Assembly (NCBI GenBank): GCA_051313645.2
Contig: JBNRSN020000028.1
Span: 44,082,001 to 44,146,000 of the forward strand
Source of the DNA: Centroscyllium fabricii
Lineage: Eukaryota
Direction of reading: 5' to 3'
Length of the DNA stretch: 64,000 nucleotides
Positions 1-12,978 of the stretch are shown one piece after another (position 1 is the stretch's first letter; each line of letters opens with the position of its first letter). A model generated the notes under the pieces. It was not told the origin of the DNA, did not search any database, and saw only the letters and a list, made by a program, of their open reading frames with translations. The translations under genes were made by a program, and so were the position numbers.

Positions 1-624
1 GGATGTGGTTTATTTGGACTTCCAAAAGGGATTTGACAAGGTGCCACTCAAATGATTACTGCACAAGATAGAAAATCACAGGATTGGAGGTAATGTACTG
101 GCATGGGTGGAAGGCTGTCTATCTAATAGAAAACAGAGAGTTGGGATAAATGGTTCATTCTCAGATTGGCAATCAGTGACCTGTGGTGTTCCACAGGGGT
201 CAGTGCTGAGACCACAACTTTGTACAATCTATATTAACGATTTGGAGGAAGTGACCGAGTACAACTTATCCAAATTTGCCGACGATACTAATTTGGGAGG
301 GAAAGCAGTGAGTGAAGAGGACATAAAAATCCTGCAAAGGGACATAGTCAGGCTAGGTGAGGGGGGAAAAGATTTGGCTGATGGAATATAATGTTGGAAA
401 GTGTGAGGTTATGCACTGTGGCAAGACAAATCAGAGAGCAAATTATTATCTGAATGTGGAGAAATCTCAAAGTGCTAAAGGACAAAGGGATCTGGGTGTC
501 CTGATGCATGAAACACAGAAGCTCAGTGTACAGGTGTAGCAGGTGATCCGGAGGCCAATATAATCTTGTCTTTTATTGCAAGGGTGTGAATTATAAAAAC
601 CGGGAAGTCCTGCTTCAGTTATAC
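1..624 (+). mobile_element. CR1-clade LINE fragment (RT region), frameshifted
   Basis: Motifs DVVYLDFQKGFDKVP, GVPQGSVL, SKFADDT and GKCEVMH are spread over shifting frames. The CR1 frame breaks after REVLLQLY at ~624. Confidence 0.9.
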
Positions 625-963
625 TCGGACGTCTCGGACCGTGTTTCCAGTATCCTTAAAGGGGAGGGTAAACAGGTACAAGTCGTGGTACATATTGGTA
701 CCAATGCCATAGGTAAGGAAAGGGATGCGGATTTAAAGCAGTGGTTTAGGGAGCTAGGGTGGAAGCTGAGAGCCAGCACAGACCATGTAGCAATCTCTGG
801 TTTGCTGCCGGTGCCACGTGATAGCGAGTTGAGAGATAGGGAGAGAGTGCAGATAAACACGTGGCTGCAGGGATGGTGCAGGAGGGAGTGTTTCAGTTAC
901 GTGGATAATTGGGGCTTTTTCTGGGGAAGGTGGACCTGCACAAACAGGACGGTTTGCACCTGA
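625..963 (+). pseudogene. CR1 ORF1 C-terminal SGNH esterase-like domain remnant
   Basis: QVQVVVHIGTNAIGK...VAISGLLPVPR...QINTWLQGWCRRECFSYVDNW, typical of the CR1 ORF1p esterase domain. Confidence 0.8.
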
Positions 964-1334
964 ACCAGAGGAGCACCAATAGCCTGGGAGGGAAACTTGC
1001 TGTGACTCTGCGGGGGGTTTAAACTAATTGGCCAGAGGGTTGTAAAACAGGCAGTAATACAGAAGGGAGTTTGGACGGTAGGGAGGTACTGAGGAGAGTA
1101 TTAAGGACGCATGAGTGTAGGCAAGAAGGTGGATTGAAGTGTGCCTACTTGAATGCGAGGAGCATCCGAAATAAGGTAGGAGAATTGGGGCGTGGATTGG
1201 TACATGGGACTACGATGTGGTGGCCATTATGGAGACATGGTTGGAACAGGGTCAGGAATGGTTAGTGGGGGTTCCGGAGCATAGATGTTTCTGCAAGAGC
1301 AGGGAGGGAGGAAAGCGTGGTGGAGGAGTGGCAC

Positions 1335-1573
1335 TGTGGCGGCACACCAAGACTGGCGAATCCGCCTCGGAAGTTGCGGGGCATAGCCCCGCCCATCAGG
1401 TGACGTGATGACGTCACCACATCTCTCGGCATGATGAGGTCACTAAAGCGGGCCGTTTTGAATAAGCCTGCTCCTCGTGTTTCAGTCTCTTCCTTCCTTA
1501 CTGTAATGTAATAAACTAGTGTTTTTCTGTCTCTCTGGCTCCCGCGTGGTTCTTGGGTCCTGCAAGCGCTACA
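1335..1573 (+). repeat. Gypsy 5' LTR (239 bp)
   Basis: Direct repeat of 5523-5760 with about 6-7 differences by eye; TGTGG...CTACA termini. Confidence 0.95.
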
Positions 1574-1574
1574 G

Positions 1575-1587
1575 TGGTGACCCCGAC
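1575..1587 (+). promoter_or_regulatory. Primer-binding site complementary to the tRNA-Trp 3' end
   Basis: TGGTGACCCCGAC one base after the 5' LTR; reverse complement of the vertebrate tRNA-Trp end GUCGGGGUCACCA. Confidence 0.9.
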
Positions 1588-1664
1588 TTGGAACGACTTC
1601 CAAGGAGAAAAAGCAGCTACAGAATCAAAGATCAAGCAGCCTCAAGACACTTTAAAAGAAAAAC

Positions 1665-4600
1665 ATGTCTTCAAGGAACCAAGCTTCTCGAACACAAGGA
1701 CTTGGCCAGAACTTCGGCCACAGACTTACCCTACCGGAGTTCTGGGAGCAACGCCCAGCGGCCTGGTTTATGTGCATAGAAACCAGCTGCTGCACACATG
1801 GCATCCAGCGGGATGACCGCTACGACCTGGGCTTTTCGGCCCTACCACAATCGACGATCGATCAGATGTGGTCGAAGATACAGCGTGTGCCCACAGCAGG
1901 CAGGTATTAGTTCCTCAAGGCCGCGCTTCTAAAATGTTTTACCCCTTCCCAATTCGAGTTCGACTGCCAGCTCCTTAACCTCCCCGAACTCGGGGACGCA
2001 GACCCAGCGGACCTTTGGGGTCAAATGCAAGCGCTCACCACCGATCCCGCCTCCCTGTTCTGCACCATATTCCTCCTTAAACTACCCCGCTCCATCAGAC
2101 CGGCCCTGGCGGCCCTCTGCCACTGGAGCGGGGATGAGCTAGCCGAGGAAACCGACAGGCTCATGGCGGCCGAGCGCACCCGCTCCACCACGTGCGACCC
2201 CAATGCCGCATCCATCGAGCACAACCACTGGCCACCCAGGTCCAACCCAACGCCTGAACCCAGGGCCCCGCGCCCACCCAGGCAACCGCATCCATCAAGC
2301 ACTGGCTGGTGCTACTAGCACACGCGGTTCGAAAATAAAGCGCACCGCTGCGTACAGCCCTGCACTTTTAAGCCACGGCACGGCCCAGCCCCCACTATGT
2401 CTGTAGGACACACAGGAGCACTGCTCTATGTCACAGACAGCGGCACAGGCCTCCGGTTCCTCTGCGATACAGGCGCGCAACACAGCATCGTGCCAACCTC
2501 CCCAGCAGAAGCCAAACAAGGCACCAGGGCCCCGCCACTCGCAGCGGCCAACGGCTCTGATATAAAGACGTACGGCACCCGCAAGCCCACTATCAAGCGC
2601 ACCGGCCACACATATCACTGGGACTTTGTAACGGCCCAGGTCACTTCACCCCTCATCGGGGCAGATTTCCTCTGCGCCCACGGCCTCCTGGTCGACATGA
2701 CCCGGCGCCGCCTGGTCGACATCCACAACATGTCGACCATGCTCCACAGGGCCCGCACTCCTGGCCCACGCGGCAGCACAATGCTGCTGCCGGAACTCTG
2801 ACGCATACGGCACGCTCCTCGCAGAGTTCCCCACCCTCACCAACCCCACGTTCACTGCCTGCACGACCAAACACGGGGTGGAACATTTTATTACCACCTC
2901 TGGCCCTCCCGTTCATGCCTCCACCCGCAGGCTGGACCTGGCCAAACTGGAGATCGCGCGCACCGAGTTCAGCACCATGGAACAACTCGGCATAATCCGC
3001 CGCTCCAACAGCCCCTGGGCCTCTCCCCTCCACATCGCCCCCAAGCCGGGCGGCGGTTGGCGCCCCTGCAGCGACTACCGCTGCATAAACAACGCCACCA
3101 CCCCGAATAGGTACCCCGTACCCCACATCCAGGATTGCTCCGCCAGACTAGCAGGCTGCACGATCTTCTCTAAGATCGACCTGGTGCGTGGCTAACACCA
3201 GGTGCCGGTGCACCCGGCGGACATCACCAAAACAGCCGTAATTACCCCCTTCGGACTCTTCGAGTTCCTTAGGATGCCTTTCGGACTCAAAAACGCGGCC
3301 CAGGCCTTTCAGCGCCGAATGGGCTCGGTCCTACGGGACTTGAAGTTCATTTTCGTCTACTTGGACGACATCCTCGTGGCCAGCACCTCCCCCCAGGAGC
3401 ACCTCCTGCACCTCAGGACCCTGTTCCAACGCCTGGTCGAACACGGCCTCATATTAAGCCCCTCAAAATGCAAATTCGGCATCGAGACCATAGATTTCCT
3501 CTGCCACCGCATTTCCAAAGCCGGGGCCATACCCCTGCCCTCCAAGGTGCAGCAAGTTCAGGAATTCCCCCGCCCGCACTCCATTAAGGGGCTGCAGGAA
3601 TTCCTCGGGATGGTTAATTTTTATAACCGCTTCATCCCAGGAGCAGCCGCTCTCATGGCCCCCCTATACAAGGACACACGCGGGCAGTCCGGCAAAACTG
3701 TGGTCGTGTGGACGGCCGACGCCAGCACCACCTTCACCGCAACCAAAACAGCCCTGGCCAACGCCACCCTCTTAGCCCACCCCAGGCCCAACGCCAGAGT
3801 GGCCCTCACCACTGACGCCTCCGACCACGCTGTCGGGGCCGTTTTTGAACAGTGGACCGGCAACTCTTGGCAGCCCCTGGCCTTCTTCAGCCGGCAACTT
3901 CGGCCCCCAGAGGTTAAGTACAGCACCTTCGACAGGGAGCTCCTTGCTCTCTACCTCGCAGTGCGCCATTTTCGCTTCCTCTTGGAGGGCCGTCCCTTCA
4001 GAGCTTTCGTCGATCACAAGCCACTCATTTTCGCTATGGCTAAGATTGCCGAACCCTGGTCGGCCAGGCAGCAGTGCCAACTCGCGGCCGTGTCGGAGTT
4101 CACTACCGACATTCAGCATATCTCCGGCCGCGACAACGTGGTTGCTGACTGCCTGTCACATCCTGCAATTAACGCAGCCCAAATGGTGGTCGATTACGCC
4201 AAGCTGGCAGCAGACCAGCTGGCCGACCCAGACCTGCTCAACCCAGCAGGAAACCTCGCTGGCCTACTCTTGGCCAAAATCGCGCATGGCCCCGCGGCCA
4301 CTGTAGTCTGCTGCGACGTTTCCCTACCACAGCCCAGACCCGTCGTCCCCCACGCATGGAGGCGACACATTTTCGAGACCCTCCATGGCCTGTCCCACCC
4401 TGGCACCAGCGCTTCCATCAAACTAATTTCGGCCCGTTTCGTGTGGCACGGCCTGCGCAAAGACGTCCGTGCCTGGACCAACTCCTGCATTGCCTGCCAG
4501 CGCACCAAGGTGCACAAGCACATCAGGGAACCCCTGGAAATCTTCACCGTGCCGGCCAGACACTTCGACCACGTCCATGTCGATCTCGTCGGGCCACTAC

Positions 4601-5300
4601 CGCCATCCCGTGGCCACACACACGTCATGACCATGGTCGACCGCAAAACTCGCTGGCCAGAAGCAGTCCCCCTCGTTGCTGCCAGCACCACTGACTTGGC
4701 AAGGGCGTTCATCGCCACCTGGGTCGCCCGTTTCGGCGTGCCCATCGACATCACGTCGGACAGAGGACCCCAGTTTACGTCAGCACTATGGGCGGCCATC
4801 GCCCGCGACCTCGGGGTAACCCTACATTGAATCACCGCATACCACCCACAATCTAACGGGCTCTGCGAACGGTTCCACCGCTCCATGAAAGCATCCCTGC
4901 GGGCCAGCCTCAAAGACGCGTCATGGACCGACCGTCTCCCGTGGGTACTGCTCGGGCTGCGCTCGGCAGTCAAAGAAGACCTACACGCCTCAGCAGCAGA
5001 ACTCGTCTACGGCCAAACTTTAACAGTGCCGGGCGAATTCCTCGCTGAGCCAAACGCTCCCTGGTCGGCCGACCAGTTCCTAAAGTACATCGCCAACCCA
5101 GCACGAGCGTTCAAACCCGTACCGGTGGCCTGGCACGGAGAGCCGGCAGCACGTGTACTGGACGGCATCAAAAACGCCAAGTACGTGTTCGTCCGGCACG
5201 ATGCCCATCGCTCGCCACTGCAACCAACCTATGGCGGTCCCTACAGAGTGCTTCGGGCGGGAAATAAAGCTTTTTAATTACAGCTGGGCAACAGAACAGA
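1665..5300 (+). pseudogene. Gypsy gag-pol (Gag with CHCC knuckle, protease, RT, RNase H, integrase) with premature stops
   Basis: LTLPEFWEQRPAAWF; C-x2-H-x9-C-x3-C at 2310-2363; FLCDTGAQHS; FSKIDLVRG; YLDDIL; TDASDHAVGAV; H-x3-HPG...C-x2-C; ITSDRGPQFTS. Stops at 1908, 2316, 3193, 4828 and 5275. Confidence 0.92.
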
Positions 5301-5522
5301 AACTGTCTCTATAGACCGGCTAAAACCGGCACACGTGATAGCGGGTGACGCAACAGTCCCCGCCCAACCACCTCAACGCGGACGCCCTCCCGGAGCAACA
5401 CCCGCCACACTCCAACGCAGAACAAGGAGCAACGCACGACATGTGCCGGCCGCATCTTGCGGCCACCACAACGCTACACATAGACTCTTTTATCCTCTCG
5501 GATGGATTCTGCGGGGGAGCTT

Positions 5523-5760
5523 TGTGGCGGCACACCAAGACTGGCGAATCCGCCTCAGGAGTTGCGGGGTATAGCCCCGCCCATCGGGTGACGTGATGAC
5601 GTCACCACATCTCTCGGCGTGATGAGGTCACTAAAGCGGGCCGTTTAAATAAGCCTGCTCCTCGTGTTTCAGTCTCTTCCTTCCTTACTGTAATGTAATA
5701 AACTAGTGTTTTTCTGTCTCTCTGGCTCCCGCGTGGTTCTTGGGTCCTGCAAGCGCTACA
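5523..5760 (+). repeat. Gypsy 3' LTR (238 bp)
   Basis: Copy of 1335-1573, preceded by the purine tract GCGGGGGAG. Confidence 0.95.
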
Positions 5761-8430
5761 GCACTGTTAATCAAATACAACGTAACAGCTGCAGAAAGGC
5801 AGTTCGAGGGGGACATGCGTACTGAGGTAATATGGGCTGAGGTAAGGAATAATAAAGGGGCGGTCACGTTGTTGTGAGTTTTCTATAGGGCCCCAAATAG
5901 AAATAGAGATGTGGTGGAGGAAATTGCAAAGCAGATTATGGATAGGTGTGGGGGGTATAGGGTAGTTGTCATGGGGGACTTTAACTTTCCTGATATTGAC
6001 TTGAATCTTTATAGGTCAAATAGTTGGATGGGCAAGTTTTTGTACAGTGCGTGCAGGAGGGTTTCCTGATGCAATATGTGGATGGACGAACAAGTGGTGG
6101 GGCAACTTTGGATTTGGTATTGCGTAATGGACCGGGCCAAGTGTTGGATTTGATTGTGGGAGAACACTTTGGTGATAGTGACCACAATTCAGTTACTTTC
6201 ACTATAGCAATGGAGAGGGATAGGAACGTATGGCAGGGCAAGGTTTATAATTGGGGAAGGGGTAATTATGATACAATTAGGCAAGAATTAGGGAGCATTG
6301 GATGGGAAGAGGAACTTGCTGGGAAAGGCACGGACAAAACATGGAGCTTGTTCAAGGAACAAATACTGTGTGTCCTAGATACGCATGTCCCTGTCAGGCT
6401 GGGAGGAAATGGTACAGCGAGGGAACCTTGGTACACAAAGGAGGTCGAAAGACTAATAAAAAGGAAAAAGGAAGCATATGTAAAGACGAGGAAACAAGGT
6501 TCAGCAGGGGCACGCGAGGACTACAAGGTAGCAAGGACTGAGCTAAAAAATGGGCTGAGGAGAGCTAGGAGGGTGCATGAGAAGTCCATAGCGGGACGGA
6601 TCAAGGAGAACCCTAAGGCTTTTTATTCTTACGTAAGGAATAAAAGAATGACCAGGGTAAGGGTAAGGTCGGTTAAGGACAGTAGGGGTAATTTGTGCAT
6701 GGAATCAGAAGAGATAGCAGAGGCTTTCAATCAGTACATTTCGTCAGTTTTTACCAGGGAGAGGGGCAGTTGATTGGAGGATGAGTGTGGGATACAGGTG
6801 GATATGATGAATTAGGTAAATATTCAAAGGGAAGAGGTACTGGCAATCTTGAATAAGCGGAAAGTCGATAAGTCCCCTGGGCCAGATGGGATATACCCTA
6901 GGATTCTTTGGAGGCAAGGGATGAGATTGCAGAGCCCTTGGCATTGATCTTTGGATCCTCGCTATCCAGGGGATAGTGCCTGAGAACTGGAGAGTGGCGA
7001 ATGTGGTTTCTCTGTTCAAGAAGGGTAATAGAAATGACGCTGGTAACTATAGACCGGTTAGTCTTACTTCGGTGGTCGGTAAGTTAATGAAAAAGGTCCT
7101 GAGGAATACGATTTATGACCATTTGGAAGCAACGTAATCCGGAATAGTCAACATGGATTCGTGAAGGGTAAATCGTGCCTAACAAATTTGCTTGAATTCT
7201 TTGAGGAGGTAACTAAGTGTGTAGATGAAGATAAGGCAGTTGATGTTGTGTACATGGATTTTAGTAAGGCGTTTGATAAGGTTCCCCATGGATGGCTCAT
7301 GATGAGAGTAAGCAGTTGTGGGATAGGGGGAAATTTAGCCGAGTGGATAAGTAACTGGCTATCTCATAGAAGGCAGAGGGTGGTGGTGGATGGAAAATAG
7401 TCGGGCTGGAGGCCAGTCACCAGCGGTGTGCCGCAGGGGTCGGTGCTGGGTCCTCTGCTATTTGTGATCTTTATCAATGACTTGGAGGAGGGGGATGAAG
7501 TGTGGGTCAGTACATTTGCGGATAACACCAAGATAGGTGGAGTAGTGGTTGGGGTGGAGAGAAGTAATAGGCTGCAGAGAGACATTGACAGGATGCAGAG
7601 CTGGGCCAAAAAGTGGCCGATGGAGTTTAATTCTGACAAGTGCGAGGTGATTCATTTTGGTATGACAAATACGAATATGGAGTACAGGGTCAGTGGCAAG
7701 TTTCTGAAGAATGTGGAGGAACAAAGGGATCTGGGGGTTCATATCCATAAATCACTGAAGGCTGCCACTCAAGTGGATAAAGCTGTAAGGAAGGCCTATA
7801 TTGTGTTGGCATTTGTTAACAAGGGATTTGATTTTAAGAACCGTGGGGTTATGCTGCAACTGTACAGGTCCCTGATGAGACCACACTTGGAATATTGTGC
7901 GCAGTTCTGGGCACCTCACTATAGGAAGGACGTGGAGGCATTTGAAGGAGTGCAGAGGAGATTTACCAGGATGAAACCAGGTTTGGTGGGCAGGTCTTAT
8001 GAAGAGAGGTTGAGGGAGCTGGGGCTCTACTCTTTGGAGCGACGGAGGTTGAGAGGCGACTAAATAGAGGTTTATAAGATGATGAAGGAGATGGGTAGAG
8101 TGGACGTTCAGAGGCGATTTCCTCGGGTTGGTGTAACTGTTACAAGTGAGCATAAATACAGGATGCATGGTGGAATATTTAGGAAGGATGTCAGAGGCAG
8201 ATTCTTTACCCCGAGAGTGGTCGGGGTGTGGAATGGACTGCCTGCTGAAAAAGTGGAGTCTGAACATTTGGGAGCCTTCAAAAGGTTATTGGATAAGCAG
8301 ACGGAGCGCAATGAAGGTTAGTGGGGGAGATAGCAGCATTTGATATCCGACCATGCGCGGCACTACATTGAGGGCCGAAGGGCCTGCACTGTGCTGTATT
8401 GTTCTAAGCTCTATGTTCTATGTTCTCAAA

Positions 8431-8503
8431 GCCATGATAGCACAGTCGGTAAAGCATCAGACTATTAATCTGAGAATCCAGGGTTCAAGTCTCTATTCGG
8501 GCG
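8431..8503 (+). pseudogene. tRNA-Lys(TTT)-derived pseudogene (anticodon now ATT)
   Basis: GCCATGATAGCACAGTCGGTAAAGCATCAGACTATTAATCTGAGAATCCAGGGTTCAAGTCTCTATTCGGGCG has many stem mismatches against the intact copy at 16812. Confidence 0.85.
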
Positions 8504-8639
8504 CTGCTTTTAAATCACAATGCTGATCTCACAATTCGTTCACTGATCACAATAAAACGAACAGGCCCTTTAAACCCACGATCCTCACTTCCATTGCATT
8601 CAATCTGTGAACCAGTTCCGATTGCAGCCCTTTGTCCCT

Positions 8640-10150
8640 GACCCTTTAATATATTTTGGTTAACAAACACTTATTAATCTCAAGTTGAAAATTGGCAAAC
8701 TGCTGTGTTCAGAGGTGTGTTACAAATACTTGCCACATTCACTTTCATTTCTCACCTGAAGGGCTTGGATCTAATGTTCATTCTATGTCCCTTAGTCCTT
8801 GACGGTTCAATCATCAGAATACCTTCTCGCTGTCGACAGTATCAGTTCCACGTAATAACGTGAATACTTCAATCAAATCAACACATAATCTTGCACATTC
8901 AATTCAATATAACCCTAGTTTGTGCAATCTCCCGTTGGAATTAGTCCCTTTGTTTTGCTGGTTAACTTCGTCTGTGTCAATTTACAATGGGAGATTGCAC
9001 ACAATAGGTTATACTCCATGGAATGTACAAGCTTATGTGGAGATTTGATTGAATCATTCTGTTAAATCTACGCTTCACTTTTTATGCCTACTACTACTTT
9101 CCTCAGGTCAAATACCCAGAACTGTACACAGTACTGCAGGTGTGGTCTAATCCTGCTTTGTTTAGCTGTGGCATAAATACTCCCTCTAATAATGTAATCC
9201 TGCAGATAACGGTATCACCTTTCAGTTAGCATTTGTGAATCATTTCTGTACCTGTCCATGACCATTTCATGATATATGTACATGGCCCTTAAGTCTATTT
9301 GGATCTCAGCTCTTTCCAGCTAAACAGTATAAGGACTGTATTCTAGTCGCCCCTTCTAGATCCGAAATGGATGACGTCACACTTGCCAATATTTAAATAA
9401 ATTTGTCAAAGTATTGCCCAAATCTAAATCTATCCATATCTGGTCAAATTTTAAACTTCCACTTAATCTGCTTTTAATAACGCCTGTGTTTTCTGTCATC
9501 GTCAAACTGGCATGTGTGCCACTCAGCCATATAGAGTAATTCGGATGTAAAATCGAGGAATATTTGAGGCGCCTGCAGTGATCACTCAGAGACACCGCTT
9601 CTTCTATCCTGCCAATTAATGTTTCTGATCATTTCCCGTAAGATTTGTTTCCTGTCGTGCAAACAATTTCCTAACCAGGACAATAATTTGACTTCACTTC
9701 CACGAGCTTCCACTTCAGTGAGATGTCACTTCTGCGGGACATTATGGAATGTCATTTGCTCCATGTCTACTAGTTAATAATCATTTGTGAACTGGGACTC
9801 ATAATCCTCTTTGGTTCTCTACAGTGATTAGCTTCCAATTATTTTGAAATTAATCCAAATTATCTTAATTTGTTCCAAAGTGGATGGAACCAAACTTGCG
9901 CACAGTGAACTCGATTTGCCTTTGTTTTGCTGGCTCACTTTGTCTGTCTCTGTCCCTTTGGTTACCACCATTTCCCATTTGCACTAATAACGGACCTTCA
10001 AACTTATTGGGTTCTTCAAACTACGACCTACAGAGTTCTACTGCTCCATCCAAGTCAATCATAAATAAGGTGAAAAATTGAAGATCAAATTCAATTATCT
10101 GGGGGACGGCATTTGTCACATCTCACTCCGCTGCTAAGCAACATGTCGTT
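8640..10150 (-). mobile_element. Ancient decayed CR1 RT/3' region forming the array spacer (representative monomer)
   Basis: Minus-strand remnants seen across monomers: GDLIEVFTLL, IRPHLQYCVQFW, GKCDVIHFG, QFDDDK (FADDTK-like) and GKSSSLC (KGKSCLTN-like), in CR1 order. Boundaries approximate. Confidence 0.75.
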
Positions 10151-10321
10151 CGTGGGAGGGAGAATATTTCTGAAGTGATGCCGGTTTCAGGCAGTCAGTC
10201 TGCATTTGTGGAAGAAAGGCGCTGTAGAGACTGGAATATGGACAAGAAATTTGAAGTTGCAGAAGGTGCAAGGATGCACTGCAACCCATAAAAGGGCTTG
10301 TGTGAAAGGCGGTTACCAAAA

Positions 10322-10394
10322 GCACGGATAGCTCAGTCGGTAGAGCATCAGACTTTTAATCTGAGGGCGCAGGGTTCAAGTCCCTGTTCGGGCG
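10322..10394 (+). tRNA. tRNA-Lys(TTT) variant (acceptor-stem mismatch, variable-loop changes)
   Basis: GCACGGATAGCTCAGTCGGTAGAGCATCAGACTTTTAATCTGAGGGCGCAGGGTTCAAGTCCCTGTTCGGGCG, followed by TTTT. Confidence 0.85.
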
Positions 10395-12141
10395 CTGCTT
10401 TTAGATCACAATACTGATCTCAAAATTCGTACAGTGATCACAAGAGAAATAGAAGGCCGTTTAAACCCACGAGCCATACTGCCATTCGATTCAATCTATG
10501 AACCTGTTCCGACTGCCGCACTTGACTCCTGACCCGACATTTGGACAACAAACACTGATTAATCTCAAGTTGACAATTGGCACAGCTTTAACTGCTGTTT
10601 TCGGAAGAGTGTTACAAATACTTACCACATTCACTTTCACTTCTCTCATGAAGAACTTGGATCTAATTTCGATTTTATATCTTTTACTCCTTGACGGTTT
10701 AATCATCAGGAATAGCTGCTCGAGTACGACAGTATCATTTCCACATAATAGCGTGAATACTTCAATCAAATCAACACATAAGCTTGTACATTCCCTGGAA
10801 TATAACCCTAGTTTGAGCAATTTCCCATTGTAAATTGTCCCTTTGTTTTGCTGGCGAACTTCGTCTGGGTCAATTTACAATGGGAGTTTGCTCAAAATAC
10901 GATTATACTCCATGAAATGTACAAGATTACGTGGTGATTTTATTGTATCATTCTGTAAATCTACGCATCACATTTTATGCCTAATACGACTTTCCTCAGG
11001 TCAAATACCCAGAACTGTACACAGTACTGCAGGTGTGGTCTAATCTTGCTTTGTTTAGCTGTGGCATAAATTCTCCCTCCAATAATGTAATCCTGCAGAT
11101 AACGGTATCACCTTTCAGTTAGCATTAGTGAATCATTTATGTACCTGTCCATGACCATTTAATGATATGTGTACATGGCCCTTAAGTGTATTTGGATCTC
11201 AGCTCTTTCCAGCTTAACAGTATAACGACTGTATTCTAGTCGCCCCTTTTAGATCCGAAATGGATGACGACACACTTGCCCATATTTAAATCAATTTGTC
11301 AAAGAATTGCTCAAATCTTAATCTGTGAATATCTCACAAATTTTAAACTTCCACCTAATCTGCTTTTAATGCCGCCTGTCTTTTTTCTCCTCGTCAAACT
11401 GGCTTGTCTGCCGCTCAGCCGTATCAAGTTATTCGGTTGTCAAATCGACGAATATTTGTGTTTCCTAGCGAGATAACTCAGAAACAGCGCTTCTTATATC
11501 CTGCCAATTAATGTTTCTGATCATTTCCCGTAAGCTTTGTCTCCTATCGTGCAAACAATTTCCTAACCAGGACAATAATTTGACTTCACTTCCACGAGCT
11601 TCCACTTCAGTAAGATGTCACCTATGCGGGACATTTTGATATCTCATTTGCTCCATGTCTACTAGTTAATAATAATTTGTGAACTGGGGCTCAAAATCCT
11701 CTTTGGCTCTCTGCTTCCAATTACTTAGACATTCATCCAAACTATCTTAATTTTATTCCAAAGTCGATGGAACCAAACTTGCGCACTGTGAACTCGATTT
11801 GCCTTTGTTTTGCTGGCTTACTTCGTCTGTCTCTGTCTCTTTGGTTACCACCATTTCCCATTTGCACTAATAACGGACCTTCAAACTTATTGCGTTCTTC
11901 AAACTACGATCTACAGTGTTCTACTGCTCCATCCAAGTCAATCATAAATACGGTGAAAAATTGAAGATCAAATTCAATAATCTGGGGGACGGCATTTGTC
12001 ACATCTCACTCCTCTGCTAAGCAACATGTCGTTTGTGGGAGAGAGAATATTTCTGAAGTGATGCCGGTTTCAGGCAGTCAGTCTACATTTGTGGAAGAAA
12101 TGCGCTGTCGAAGCTGGACAATGGAAAATAAATTTGATGAT

Positions 12142-12978
12142 GGGCCAGAATTTCGTGTGGCGCAGAGGAGCTGCACACGCACGGAGGGGGTCCAAAATGC
12201 CCCGGGCGATTAACGCACGGGACATACGCACGGAATGGATATTTCGGAGGCTGAGGGAGATGGGCCCTCAGCATCAAACGCAGGAGTGAGTTGCACACAG
12301 AAATTGGGATCCAAAAGGGTGATGATTGGTGCGTGATTCTGTGGGCAACGGGCCCACAAGCTGCACGGCTGAAAATCAGTAGTAACTCGTGCATGAGGGA
12401 GAGCAGTGCGTTCTTAAACAAGATAAGTTACTTTTTTTACCTTTAATTTTAAGTTTTAACAATTTTTGGGAGTAATGTGGCCAGATCGGTATCATTAAAT
12501 TTGGATGTTAAAGTTTTTTTTTTTAAATTACAAATCCGATTTTCAATTGCTATACCTATTCCAAATCGTTAATTTTTAAAGTTAAAGTTCTGAAATTTTT
12601 AACTAATTTAGTAAAGTTAAAAAACTAAGAAAAAATCGCTGACTTACCTTCGCTGAAAAGCTGGTCTGGCCGCGCTGCTCACTGCCGAATCTGTGAGTGG
12701 AGCGCCTCACGTCCCTGCTCTCCAAAAGGTCCGACTCGGGATCTGTGGGCGTTTTTTAATTTAATTTGTTGATCTATGGGCGAGGCATCACTGCTGCCCA
12801 CGCACGACGGCAGCACATCAACTGCGCTCCTAGCGTGGCTGGACTGCCACACAGCGCAGGAACAGGGCGGAGCCGAGCCGAATGTCTGAGAGCAAAAACT
12901 GTGCGAGGTTGGTGCAGTTCATTAGGGATCCGCATGGTCCTAGCACGCGCACAAATGGCAGAGCATACATTCTGGCCC
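12142..12978. mobile_element. Non-autonomous PIF/Harbinger-like MITE (~837 bp)
   Basis: 10-bp perfect TIR GGGCCAGAAT...ATTCTGGCCC with GAT on both flanks. It interrupts the spacer sequence TTTGATGTTGCAG. GC-rich arms surround an AT-rich core. Confidence 0.75.

Larger units (their letters stand above)
1335..5760 (+). mobile_element. Full-length Ty3/Gypsy LTR retrotransposon, CsRn1-like, inactivated
   Basis: TG...CA LTRs at 1335-1573 and 5523-5760. 4-bp TSD GCAC at 1331-1334 and 5761-5764. tRNA-Trp PBS, purine tract before the 3' LTR, and gag-PR-RT-RH-IN order. Confidence 0.95.
625..8426 (+). mobile_element. Near full-length CR1 LINE (ORF1 esterase end plus ORF2), inactivated and interrupted by a Gypsy insertion
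   Basis: ORF1 SGNH-esterase-like motifs (VVVHIGTN, ISGLLPVPR). Endonuclease start LNARSIRNK; GGVA|LLI is split by the LTR element. GDFNFPDID, SDHNSV and RT motifs (YMDFSKAFDKVPH, PQGSVLGP, FADNTK) follow. The 3' tail (CTATGTT)n ends ~8426. Confidence 0.92.

Noticed and set aside
1575-1587. Idea that the tRNA-Lys array supplies primers for the neighbouring LTR elements
   Set aside because: The Gypsy PBS matches tRNA-Trp and the two-LTR element appears self-priming. Neither has a tRNA-Lys PBS (TGGCGCCCGAAC).
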